From Welwitschia mirabilis (lineage: Eukaryota), in the NCBI GenBank assembly GCA_051453625.1, contig JBOZIK010000001.1, positions 5,874,382 through 5,938,381 on the forward strand: a stretch of 64,000 bases of DNA. The letters are read 5' to 3'. A program made the translations under genes and the position numbers. Shown piece by piece: positions 24,661 to 37,844 of this stretch (position 1 is its first letter; every line of letters starts with the position of its first letter). The notes under the pieces are model-generated. The model did no database searches and was not told where the DNA came from. It was given only the letters and a program-made list of their open reading frames with translations.

Positions 24661-27300
24661 TTTTGATTAATAAGATACAGTAAAACTTAAAGAATTATAA
24701 AAATATGCACTGCAATACTATGGTTTTAACACATTATCATCCCTCATATCATCTAGAAAATAGCCCTAGGATAACTCTCAGAAAATATCAAACTGTCATC
24801 CCTGATTATTATCTAGATGACTAGACGGATGATGGACTTCTCAAAAAAAAATTCAAAAAAATTGAAGTTAGAGCAAAGGTAATGAGTTAATAACAATAAC
24901 AGTGAGGCTTTAAAAAGTTATTATTAAGCCTAAAAGATGTGTAAAAGATAAGAAATCGTTACTAACAAAGGATGAAAAAGAGATGAACTCAAGGTAGAAA
25001 AAGGCATGTTAGGATAGGGTAGTGATAATGCACCAAGTAGGAAGAAGTAATGCTAATAAATTTTTTTTTTCAAATGTTTCTAAACTCAAAATCATTCAAA
25101 GTGGCAAGTGAATATCCCAAAAATAAAAAAGACACTAAAAGAACATAGGAGAGAAATTATCATTATGAACTAAAAGAACATCATTTATCAAAGTGCTAAA
25201 AGAAGGTTAATCGCTATGGATAAAAACTATGAATGAAAAGAAAAATAATAAGAAAACCATTAAATGATTAAGTCCTAAATATTTGTAATGAAAAAGTACA
25301 AATTACTTATTATAAAATTACTTAATGAATAATGCATAACATAATGTAGAAACTTATAAAGTACCACTTGAATAGGTATTGATTATGATGATTCCACCTG
25401 GATTTAACATTTTCAATTAATGAATGACAAGTTCAAAAGCCATTCAGAGATGGACTCACCTAGTTACACAATAAAACATATCGAAATCCTAAAAAGTAAA
25501 AAGAGCAGGTGAGAGTACTTATGCTTTATGAGTCTAGAGAATAAGCAATGCCTCTAATGACACTATAGAAATTACTAATTACATAAGGACCCATGAAGCA
25601 TGGCTAACTGATCCTCTAATGGAATTTCCATAAATACAAACACTACTAAAAGTTATTCTTAATAAAATGTACTCTGGTGTGATAAGGTTTTTAGCTTAGA
25701 TACAAAAGATCATGATCATTTTTTTTTCCAAATGATACAAAATAAATTCTAATGACCAAATACTCTTAAGGATGAGGGTGAAGTAGTGAGATGATAAACA
25801 TAAAAGAACACATCCAAAAAACAAAAGACTTACACCTTTGAGAGAAACATGAGAAGCAAGGCATCATCCTTCAAAATAAAATTTATAGACATACAAATGT
25901 CTTAAGATTGAGTGAATTCAATCTTACCAGTTTGAAATGCCTAAGTAAAGAATTATTAATTATGATAACTTTATAAACTAATACATAAGTTAATCTAAAG
26001 ATGTTCAAATAATAGCATGACATCTACCAAAGGAATCACCTAAGGAAGAATTCAAATAATGGTAGGAGGAATTTCGAAATAACTTCTTCTATCATGTTCA
26101 AGATTTAATTGGTAGGTAACTCATGGAGTTTTAACCCTTATCCATTAACTTTCTGAATTTCCCTAGTATTCAAATTGAAAATCTTAACTAAGCCATTAGA
26201 ATGTACTTTTTCTAAAAGATAAGAACCTAACCCTTTATAGGTTATCTTGTTTTTTAAAATATGGCACATAAAAATAAAAACCAAAGACAAAAACATATCA
26301 ATATAAAATAAGAAGAAAATACCAAAACAAGCTTAAACAAGTTTTATTTGGTTCTAACACTTTATTTAAAAGAGAAAGAATCATTTATTATTCTAAGGCT
26401 ATGATCCTAGGTATTGTACTTTGTTGGGGAAAAAAAGAAGTAAATAAAATAGAAGACAATTGATAAAACATAAAATATATACAATCATTTTTGAGTAAAA
26501 TCAATTAGAGGTAAAGATACTAAAAGGATAAAACCTTAATAGCAGAAATTTAAAAATTTAAATAAGAGATGAATAAGTAATAAATTTCATTGAAAAATAA
26601 TCTCTTATTGAGTCAACATAAATCATGATTATCATTACATAATTCATGCAAGAAACTACTCAAAGAAAATATCAAATAAGTTTTTAAAGGCTTTTTAGAA
26701 TGTTTAATAAGATTAAAAAACTTCCTAACATTCAACTCAAAATATGGATTTTCATTAAAGAGGTAAGGCTTTCCCTAATTAATATGACCAAATATTACTT
26801 TATTTCTACAAAATTTATTAATAATATAATCTCTTATCAAAGTCTTATAAACTCGTGGTATAAAGAACTTAAAACATAGATCTAATTCAATGATTAAAAA
26901 TAAAAGTCATTAATGACACTATTAAGGATTCAAAAAATTTGAGGAAACTTCTTAGGATGACTGATTAAGTAGTTTTAACATATTTAAAAATCTCCCTAAC
27001 ATTTAATTATCAGCATGGATTACTACTAAGAAGATAAGGTTTACCCTAATTTATAGTTTCAAGATATCTTAGAGTTATACTTTTGAAAAGAGTAATCATT
27101 AAAGGCACAAGGTAAAGTGGATTTGGTAAAAGAGAAAAGGATGTTAGTTTGAGTACCACATGGAGTTTTAAAATAAAGAGATTAAGAGATATTAGAAATA
27201 GACTTCTCAAGGTTATGTATTTCATTAAAATCAAGAAAAGAGATGTGATTTTGAGAATTACATGAATGTTCAAATGGAAGATATGAAAAAATATTACCCT
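24661..27300 (-). mobile_element. Athila-like internal region, copy 2 (inverted, more diverged)
   Basis: Reverse complement matches 20700-23300, e.g. aaggacccatgaagcatggc at ~25585 and gtcttaagattg at ~25900. GPY/F tail near 26250-26135. Confidence 0.8.
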
Positions 27301-27400
27301 NNNNNNNNNNNNNNNNNNNNNNNNNNNNNNNNNNNNNNNNNNNNNNNNNNNNNNNNNNNNNNNNNNNNNNNNNNNNNNNNNNNNNNNNNNNNNNNNNNNN

Positions 27401-29021
27401 TGCTAATTAAAAAAAGCCTTATTTTCTTATTGAAAATCCATATCTTGAGTTGAATGATAAAAAGCTTCTTAATTTTATTAGACATTCTAAAGAGCCCTCA
27501 AAATCCTCTTGGATATTTTCTTTGAATACCTCCTTGCATGAATTTTATAATAATACTTATAGTTAATGATGTTTTAATAAGATATTGTTTCTCAATGACA
27601 TTTATCACATTTTTATCTCTTGATTGAATTCTACAATTTTTGCTGTCAAAGTTTTATCTTTCTACTCTCTCTTCTTTCAATTGATTTTACTCAAAAATGA
27701 TTGTATATCTTTTATTTTTTATCAATTGGTAATTATTTGGTTTGGTTCTTATTTCTCTGAAAGACTATAATATCTTAAGATCATAGCCTTTGAAACAAAT
27801 CTTTATTTTTCTCTCTTTTTAATAAAAGTTTTGAATAGATTTTAAGATTTGAATAAAATTTATTTTTAGTTCGCTTTGATGTTTCCTTTTTACTCTTATG
27901 TTTTTATGATTTTAACTTTGGTTCTTATTTTAAGCAATAAGTTAATATCTAGATGGTTAGATCCTTATCTTAGCTTTTAAAAAGTATATTCTAATAGCTA
28001 TGTTGAGATTTTTAATTTAATCACTAAATAAATTCAGAAAGTTAATGGACAAAGGTTGAAAATATATGAGTAACATTCTGATATAAACATGATAGAAGTA
28101 CTAGCCTTAGAGGTTTCACTTGATGAGGAGGACTTTTGCCCTACCATTTTATAAATTTTCTCTTAGATTTTTCCTTTAAAGACCATTAGGACATCACTTG
28201 ATCATATTTCGGACATAACTTATTTATTTATTTTCATGACTAGTCTTTAACTTGGGAATTTTACAGTGGTAAGATTAGATTCATCTAATCTTAAGACATG
28301 CACATGTTCATGAACTTTAGTTTGAAAGAAGATGCTTTATTTTTTAATGTTTTTCTCAATGATGAAAAGATCTTAAATTGTTTAAGGGCGTTCTTTTCTT
28401 TCTTTTATCCTATTACTTCATCTCTATTTTATGGAGTGTTTGGTTAATAAGTGAAATAATATAATGATGTTTTATATTTAAGATAGCTCAAAAACATGGT
28501 CACCATTATGTTCTACTACACATACATTAGGGCAAATTTTTCCAATAGAGGCCTTTGTTAGTGTAATATGGTAGTTGTGAAAACTCTACTAAGAGGTCAA
28601 TTGGCCATGCTTCATGGGTCCTTACTTCTTTGACTATGTTTTGCACTTCCCTCATCATGAATAGTTAGATAATAAAATAATAAGAAACTTGGAGGCTACA
28701 AGATCTATGGTATTGTTGATGTCATCAAAGGAATTACTTGTTTTCTAGACTCTTAGTCTTTTCACATGATCATTTTATTTCTAAAGATTTAGATGCTTGT
28801 TTTGAGATGTAAGTAGGGAAGTCTATTTTTCAGTAACTCTTTGGTATTATCACTTATTTTTTAAAGCATTTGATTTTTAGCATTGTTATAATCACTTCCT
28901 TATTCAATGGAATTTTTTATACATCAAGTCATGCATTTTAAAATTAAGTAATGTTATGATTTCTTCCATGAGAGTCTACTAAGTTAAAATTTAGGATAAG
29001 TAGGCTATTTTCTTTATGTTG
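27401..29021 (+). mobile_element. Athila-like internal region, copy 3 (between gaps)
   Basis: Colinear with about 21085-22690; includes KVNGQRLKIY at ~28040-28068. Confidence 0.85.
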
Positions 29022-30059
29022 NNNNNNNNNNNNNNNNNNNNNNNNNNNNNNNNNNNNNNNNNNNNNNNNNNNNNNNNNNNNNNNNNNNNNNNNNNNNNNN
29101 NNNNNNNNNNNNNNNNNNNNNTTTGTTGTATTTGTTAAGTATGCTAGCTACTTGTATGTTTGGATTATGATCAACTTGTTTTCATGAAATTTGATAATAA
29201 ATTAACAAACCTAAGTTAGATTGTTAGAAGTACCCTAATTTTAGCCACCTCAAAGGCAATGTTGCATTCCTCTCCATGAAGGGCTTGTAAAGCTACTTCA
29301 AACTCCTAGCCTTAGCTAGTTATTGCTTGTATATCCAAAGACATTAGATTTTTGTTGTAAAATAAGTTCCTTAGTCCTTCTTCCAAATAATAAACTACAT
29401 GATTGCTTCTACCTCATATGACAAATAAATTTGCAAAGAGATAAGGTGTCTAAAATTTTATATGATAAGTATACTAATATTAATTGAAAAACTATACAAA
29501 TTATCAACACAGAAAAATAGAGATACAAAAGACAAAATAGAATTACTTACCAATCATCTAGGTGACTCAAGCNNNNNNNNNNGTAATTAAACACTTTTTC
29601 ATCTTATAGATCTATAATGTTTGACGATTGGTTTGTCTTATCAAGAATAGCAAAAAGCCGCTAGCTAACTAGTAGTCCTAGCAAATACACTAACATAGTA
29701 CCTATGATGATGAATAACTAGGATAGAGAACGAAAACAACCATGAGTGATTATTTCTAGCTTTATCGATATTTGTTTTTCCCTTTGCAACTTCTAAAGTT
29801 CTCTCTCATTTGGGTCTCTACAGGTACCTTATCCCAAGGTCTTGGTTTAAAGCCAAAGATAACTTGCTTATGATTTTAGAAGACAAAGGCCGTGATCCAG
29901 AGAATTTGGATGATCAAGAAATATACAACTAGGAAAAAGATCTCACGCACATAACTTAGTCTATCATAATCCTCTAACGATGGCTGATAATTTGCAATAA
30001 ATAAGAAACCAACTTTTCAAGTTCAATAACCTATGCATTCTTCTACATTTGGATATATG

Positions 30060-31440
30060 TAGGGAAGCCAAATCAAGCAAGTGGAAACAAACAAAGAAAG
30101 CTTTAACTAAGATCATGCTTCTTAAGTTTCTTTCAAAAGAGCATTGGGCATTTTGGTTGTCCTTAGAAATTGAACCCTTTCCCTCTATTTCTTGTAGAAG
30201 ACTGAGCCAAGGTGAGCGAGAGTTAATCTACTGGAACAACTCAGGGTTTTGATCTTCCAGAGCCTAGGATCTGTCATCATTGTGAAAGTCAGCTTTTGAA
30301 AGAGAAGCAACAGAGTCACTGGAAGAAACAGAGACCCTGGATATTTCTGGGTCTTGTGTGAGCTTAGGAGTGGGCTAAACAATCTATTATCTCATATTAA
30401 ATGAGGTGTACAAATGAAATGCACACCACAAGTTTCAAATTCTATGCCACATGTCATCACCTCAATGCATGTAGTATAGAACTTGGGAGGCAGTTTAGCT
30501 TCTTCGGTGAGCTTATGGGCTGCACGGAAACCATTCAAATTTGCAGTGGGAGGAGACATGAGCTCTGAGGAATTGGACTTAGGATCCTGAAAATGAAACA
30601 TCTTAGGATTTGGATCCAATGACTCTGCCAGTTTGCTCTTATTAGGTCTCAGACATTCTCTGACTGCCGATCTAGAAAAATCAATGTCCTGAGTCATCCT
30701 CATCACCGCTTGTGGAGCAAATGCCATTCTTAGTGGACTTCTTGTCTTGAAAGTTCCCCTCTCTTAAACAAATTCTTCTTCCTCTTTTGCCATTTCCTCT
30801 TTTACCAGAAGCTGAAAGCAAAGATGATGATGCAGTAGCAATTTACCAGAAGTCTTTTTTCTAGTTGTATATCTCCTGATCAAAGCACCACTATTCATCA
30901 CCATGCCAAGATTAACAAACGTATTATCAGCAATACAAAAGTTAAGCTGTACAAATTGCATAGATCTGAGCTAGAAATACACAATCACAAAAATAGGACA
31001 AGGATCAGAAAAAAGGCACATATCTCTTTCTTGCACCCCAACATCCTCCAGAACATTGCAAATTCCTCAAGGCTCTGCATCTGAATCAAAGAGATTGCAA
31101 ATTCTGCTCTTTTTCATCACGTCCCTATTGCGCACACACTGATTGTTTCCAGACATAGTCAATCTAGACCAGCTGATAAGTTACTGATCCAAGCTTCTGT
31201 TAGTACAGTAATGGTGGCTCTTGAATTTTCTGAGAAGTGTGCATCAATTCATTTTATTTTCAAGTTCAAAATCTTGCCTGCTTCTTATGGGTATCTGATT
31301 CCATATCTAAAATATCTGTTCAGATTCATCATAGCATGGTTCTGATGTCTACTAAAGCATAAGCTAATGACGCTTTCGGCTACTGGACTCTCACCATCTA
31401 AGGTGCAGGACTCTGACTGCTTCGCTTAGCGGCACAACGA
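30060..31440 (-). pseudogene. Cellular-gene-like fragment, probably pseudogenised; family not recognised
   Basis: Higher GC with retained CpG and CWG sites. ORFs 30961-30764 and 30727-30392 share a frame and are split by one TAA. A putative 86-nt GT..AG intron (30460-30375) joins ...YTTCIE to PTPKLTQDPEISRVSVSSSDS in frame. No TE motifs recognised. Confidence 0.5.
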
Positions 31441-32236
31441 AGTACTATTCAAATTTGTCCAAATTCCTATGCTATGTTAATTTAAAAAGAAACTTGGCAA
31501 CTAAAAGTTGCTTTTCATTAGAGAGATGGGTCTTTGTTCATCTTTATTCAAAATCTCGAGTTGTTATTTAATTTTTTAATTAGCTTAATGTTATGATTAG
31601 CTTTATAATATTAATCTTTTTCAAACATAAAATCTTGTTCTTGATTCATGGTACATGATTTGAGTAGAAATTGGAAAAGCAGAATTTTTAAATAAATTTT
31701 ATTCCTTAAATATTTTTTTGGAATTAAACTCGAACGATCATCTTTACAAATATTCTATTACAAAATTTTTCTCATAAAATTCATGTTAATGAAAAATGGG
31801 TTTGAATTTGTGATGCATCCTTTTATAATTTAAACCTTGTCGTGTTAAATTATTTCCTTTTGAATAAAAGTGTTTTAAAGCATTTGCATTTTATTGTCAA
31901 AATATTAAATTTTATCAACACACTTTGTAGGAAATATCATTTTATCTAATTTTATGAAATATTTAACTTAATTGCACATTTTTGGTTTTAGCTCATTTAT
32001 TATTTTATCTAATTTTATCAACAACATTTGTTTAAATTTATTTTTGTTTTAGCTCATTGCCCTTTTTGGAATATGGCTTATGACTTTGGTTTGCACCTTT
32101 GGAGGCATGATCTTCCCTTTCTCCATCCTCTAACCACCCACTCCTAAAGAAATTCTCTAAGAAAAGAGTATCTGGGAAGTCAATGTAGGTCATGTCTATT
32201 GAATAATTAATTCCCTAATTATTTTAACTAAAATAA

Positions 32237-32407
32237 GACCTTTTAAGGAATACCTTTTAAGGCATTTGTCATAAAACCACCTTAAAAGGTCTTTTAAAGT
32301 GCTTCTCAAAAAAACTTCTTAAAAGCCAGGCGAAGCTTTTTAAGGTGTTTTTTAAAGAAACGTTTTAAAAGCTTTAAGGCCTTTTAAAGCCTATATTTCT
32401 AGTAGTA
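32237..32407 (-). mobile_element. CACTA (En/Spm) transposon terminus with subterminal repeats
   Basis: Plus-strand TTTCTAGTAGTA (32396-32407) is the reverse complement of a decayed CACTACTAGAAA. It is preceded by a dense array of direct and inverted TTTTAAGG/CCTTAAAA motifs. Athila-like sequence begins abruptly at 32408. Confidence 0.75.
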
Positions 32408-35400
32408 TTACAAAGCCTTCAATCCCAAATAATATCCTTAATGTCTCCCATGTTCAATATCAAGCTTGGAATGAAATATATGTTTCAACTTCTTTATATC
32501 ATGAGTTTGATAAGAAATTGTTTTTCCATAAGTTATATGAATCTTTTATCTCTGATGGGGACAATATATCATGTGGTCATGCTAGTCGGAAAAAGCCTTA
32601 TTTTCTTATTGAAAATTCATATCTTGAGTTAAATGATAGAAATATTTTTAAACATTCTATAAGAGCCCTCTAATCCTTCTTGGTTACTTTTTTTGAGTAC
32701 CTCCTTACATGCATTTTACAATGATACTCATGATTTATAATGTTTTAATAAGAGATTATTTGTCAATGACATTTATTACTTCTTTATCTCTTATTTGAAT
32801 TCTTAAATTTGTACTATTAAACTTTTATCATTTTGTTCTCTCTTCCTCCAATTGATTTCACTCAAAAATCATTGTATACCTTTTATGTTTTATCAATTGG
32901 TGAATATTTGGTTTGGTCCTTATTTTTCTGAGAAAATGCAATATTCTAAGACCATAGCCTTAGGAATAAATTTTTCCTTTTTTCTTTTCAATAAAAATAT
33001 TGAATAGATTTTAAGATGAATAAAATTTGTTTTTAGTTTGCTTTGGTAATTTTGTTTTGCTCTTATGTTTTTATGATTTTGGCTTTGGTTTTTATTTTAA
33101 GCAATAAATTAATCTCTAGATGGTTAGGTCCTTACCTTATTGAGAAAGTACATTATAATGGCTCTGATGATATTTCTGACTTAACCACTAAAGACATTCA
33201 GAAATTTAATAGATATAGGTTGAAAATATATAAGCAATATTATGATATAAACATGATAGAAGCACTGGCTTTAGAGGTTCCCCTTACTGAGAAGAGCTTC
33301 TTCCTACCATTGTCTGAATTTTCTCTTAGCTTATTTCTTTAGAGGTCTTTATGATATTGCTTGATCATCTTTCAAATATGACTTATGTATTGATTTTATT
33401 TTTATAACTAGTCTTTAACTTGGGTATTTTCCAGTGGTAAAATTAAATAATACAATCTTAATACATTCACACATCTATAAACTTTGTCTTGAAAGAAGAT
33501 GTTTTATTTCTTATGTTCTTCTCAATAATGAAAGTTCTTAGATTGTTGAAGGGTGTTCTTCTTTTTTGTCTTTTATCTTATTACTTTGCCTTTTATCGTT
33601 TTGAATGTTTAATCATATGAAATATTTTTTTATGCCAAAAAAAAAAGGGACATAAGACCATGATGTATTATATTTGAGATAGCTCAAAAACATAGTCACC
33701 ATAATGTCCTACCGCAAGTACATTGGGGTAAATTTTCCCAAGAGGGGCCTTTAGCAATGTAATATGGTAGCTGTGGGAACTCCACTAGGAGGTTACTTGG
33801 CCATGCTTCATGGGTCCTTACTTCTCTGACTATGGTTGCACTCCCCTTATCATGAATAGTGAAATAATAAAAACTTTGAGGCTACCAGATCAGTGGTATT
33901 CCTAGTATCATCAGAGGCATTCCTTATTTTCTAGACTCTTAGTCTTTCCACATAATCATGTCATTTCTAAGGATTCAGGTGTTTGTTTTGATATGTAAGT
34001 AGATGAGTTTATTTTTAAACAACTCCTTGATCTTATTACTTATTGTTTAAAGCATTTGATTTTTTAGCAACTTCATAACCACTGCCTTATCGAATAGAAT
34101 TTTACATATTAATACATTTTGTCGTGCATTTTTAAATCAAGTAATGTTATAATTTCTTCCATAGGAGTCTACGAGGTTAAGATTTAGGTTAGGTATGTTA
34201 TCTTCTTTATGTTACTTTATGTCCATTCTTTCTATTTTCTTTTGTTGTTCCGTTAGTTATTTCAAATTCATATCATTTTAGGACCTTAACATATAATGGT
34301 TTTCTTGCCTAATTTTAAAGAAAGAATTGATTTATTGATTAGATGAGTTTCTTTGCAAATTTTATGTTATTCATATTTAAATTTTCATTATAATTTTTAC
34401 AAAGGCACATTTGTTGGGCACTCATGAATCTACTTCATCCTAATTAGCACATTTTCATTGTTTACACCTTCCATGTTTGTTAGAATCTTCCCCACATTTC
34501 TATTTTTTAAATCTTACATTTCTCCACTCAGCTTGCACCTAATTTCTTAACTGTCAAAATTTAACAACACCCATTGTCCATCTTCTTATCCGAACATATT
34601 GATTTCCATTCTTTACTTCTTTAGCCAATACAGGACATATTATTTTTCCTGAGGAAGGGAAAATATTATTTTTAGGACTTATTTTTATAATTTTTTGAGT
34701 TGTTTTAGAGCTTTTTCGAGAATATTTTTTTGTAATTTTTACTTCATACACATGGTGTGTTACATGTTATTTTGCTATGTGATATGTTTGAGATTATTTA
34801 TAAGCCTATTTTATAAATTTCAAATTGATTTTTTTAAGATAATTTATCTTATAATTATAGTTGTTTACCTGGTTTTTATTAGAAACTAACAAAGTCTAAG
34901 TGAGAGGCTATGATGCACTACCAAATTGTATGTAATTGATGGGGTGTTATGAGCTATTTTATAAGACATTTATACAATTTTAGATGAAAATCTAAGGATT
35001 TTGAAGAGTTAATGAATGATCACTAAAATACATAATTCTTGATATATTTAAAGGCATTTTAAGCACTTTCTAATACTTATTGCTTTGGAAGAAGATTAGT
35101 AATGCTAGAGTTATATTATCCTGAGTTGGGAAGCTAAGGAGGATTGTCATCCCTAATATTATCCCCATGATAGACAGGATGATAACCCTAGACATGCCAA
35201 AATAGAATTCTAACTAGACTAGAGGTGGGACTAATGGAAGCCTTTTCTAAGGTTATTATTCTCCATGTCATCCCTATGACATGAAGGACGATAAACCATA
35301 ACATATGAACTATTATCACCTTTGTTTTCCCCATTATATAGTTAGGATGATACCTAAAATGGCTAGTTGACTTTCATCCATTTTATGTATTTCTTTCTTG

Positions 35401-35930
35401 GATTGAAATGTGTTTTTCAATGTATTTTGGGTGACAGTTTTCCCTTCTAAGTTGTATAAATAAAACCCCCTTTCAACTCTCCTATCCATCTTCATTTGCA
35501 TCAAACATTCTCATGATAGAAGATTGAAGGGCTGAAGATCCATCTCAAGAGTTGCAAAAAGATTTTTCCTTGGTGAAGGACTATGTATACTCTATTAGGC
35601 TTGGTTGATTTGTAATCTAGACAATGGTTCTACTTTAATATAAAACTCTATTTAATTAGTGCATTTTAGTTCTATTATATTTTCATTATGGTTTATATTG
35701 ATCTTCATCTAGCAATAGTCTTATTGACAATATAGGTATTAAGGACAGCCTTTATCAAGGTTGGAGAAAGTAGTTTTATATTTATTTTTCATCTAGGTTT
35801 AGTTGCACTTACATCGCATTGCATCTTTAATATTTTGCATTATTCCTAAGTTTTAGTTATCATATTTTCTAAAAATTAATTCTCATTCTTCTCTTCTAAG
35901 TCTTCTATGGGTTATAACATTTGATTACTC
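32408..35930 (+). mobile_element. Athila-like element, copy 4: 3' internal region, PPT and 3' LTR
   Basis: Colinear with 20890-24630. PPT AAGTGAGAGG at 34898-34907; LTR from TGATGC at 34911. Confidence 0.85.
33100..33240 (+). pseudogene. Gypsy integrase C-terminal GPY/F module remnant
   Basis: NKLISRWLGPYLIEKVHYNGSDDISD...KFNRYRLKIY matches the Athila/Tat pattern KLKSRWSGPF...GAVE...KVNGQRLKxY. Confidence 0.8.
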
Positions 35931-37844
35931 CCATTAAATAGGATTTGAGTAAGATAAGAAGTTGCAAAAATATGCACAACAATAGAGAGAGGTGCCTCTG
36001 TGTTTGCTCTCAGGATCTTCTTAGTCTGTTTGTCTTACTTTTTTAGCTTTGCCATCATTCTTGGAAATTTCCTCATATCTATTCTACTTACCAGCTAGAC
36101 TGTGGTAGATGTCTCGTCTACCTTTTTATAAGCCTCTAAAGCCTTATCTTAGAGAAAGATTATCATCTCTAAAATCTTTTGCATCTTTTCTTCAAACATT
36201 TCATTATTTTCTCTTATGCTGATTAAATATAGAATTGCTTTCTCTAATATATCCTTTATTGCTTTCAATAGTGACTCATCCCCACTAACTTCAACACTCC
36301 TGAAGTTTTAGGATAAGGTTATTCTTAAACCCTTAGAGGCTACTTCTAACTTCGATTTAGTAATGTCATTATTTTCAACTCCCTCCTTAACAACTATGTA
36401 GAAAGACATCTCTACACTACTACTTTCAACTGAGTGATCACATTCTCCCTCATGCTTTTTATCTTTCTCTTATTATAAAAGATTCCCATTTCTCTTATTT
36501 AGAGGAAGTAAAGAATCTCAATTCTCTTCTCATGTAGATCAACATCTCAGGATCCATGGTCTCCTCTATCACCATTAAAGAGTTAAAGAAGAGCTTCTTG
36601 AAATACATTTGGAAAGTCCATAATGAAGAAATCATTTTTGCCAAATGAAAAATAAGAAATGCCTCACTCTGGTTCAATATCTATAGATGATGGATACCTC
36701 CACTTATGCCCTTCTTGCATTACTCATTAAATTTTTCTAAGTTAGTCTTTTTCCGTTTCCCAGTGCATACGACAGGGAACTTATTCAAAGATAAAATAGT
36801 AGAAATGCTTAAATGAGTAAAGATGATGTGGACATGCAAAGTCTTATGAAGATCATGAAATAGTAAGTCAAAGATAGCTACTACAGCTATAACTCCAATG
36901 GCCATATTACCTTTAAGAAACTCATCTCTTTGCACTTCAAAAATTTTAATTCTTATTCATCCTTGTATGTGATATACCTTTTTTTCTTTTTCTATTGGTT
37001 CTTCCATTCTTTCTTCTTTTTTTCATATGGTATTATTTGTCTATTCTTTGGTTAGTATTAAATGAAAAATGCATTTTGCATCATCTTATTTTGTGTCTAT
37101 CAAGCATGACCAAAGAATGTCTTAAGAAAGTATGCATAGGTAATGAAGGATTGTCAATTCCTCTAAAAATAACATCATCCCTTTCTAATTCCATAACTAT
37201 CCATTTTGTTAATGAATTACTAGGCCTTAATCCTTTGGATTAATTCGAGATCCATGAAGGCATGCTTACCTCTACCATTATTGTTATGTAGCATAAAATA
37301 TTATGATGTAAATGATGTTTCTTTTCAATTTATTAGGTATTGCAATTGCTACCACCTAATTAGTAGTATAGCTCCTTGAAATGATAAATTGTTAATAAAT
37401 CGTTGGAGGATAAAGGGAAGCTTAAATTCTCTTGCATGAATCATCGAAATGAAAAAAATACATTACGGTAATCATGATGGCTCAGTCTCACTTGCATGAA
37501 ATCATTCAAAATAATATTTCTTTCTTAATTAAAAATATGAATAAGATAAGAGCATATTAGACATGATGTTTCTTTTTATTGTATATTTCTAGAAACTAAG
37601 GTGATGATTAAAGAACTTAAACTTCTATGTTCTAAATCTTTGAAAAGGAATAAAAAGCTACATTACAATTATTTATAAATTAACATTAAATTCTAATATA
37701 AAAAATTCTATTTATTTTATTTTTTAAGTTTATTTAGAAATCACTATTTTAATATTTAAGTAAATGTGACAGTTAATTAAATAAAACTATTTTACATATA
37801 ATTAACCATTAAGATTTAGAAGTATGAAAATTTGGAGTGCTACA

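Noticed and set aside
30392..30727. 111-aa ORF as a standalone functional gene
   Set aside because: It sits within a longer stop-interrupted frame and probably reads into an intron, so it is treated as part of a pseudogene fragment.
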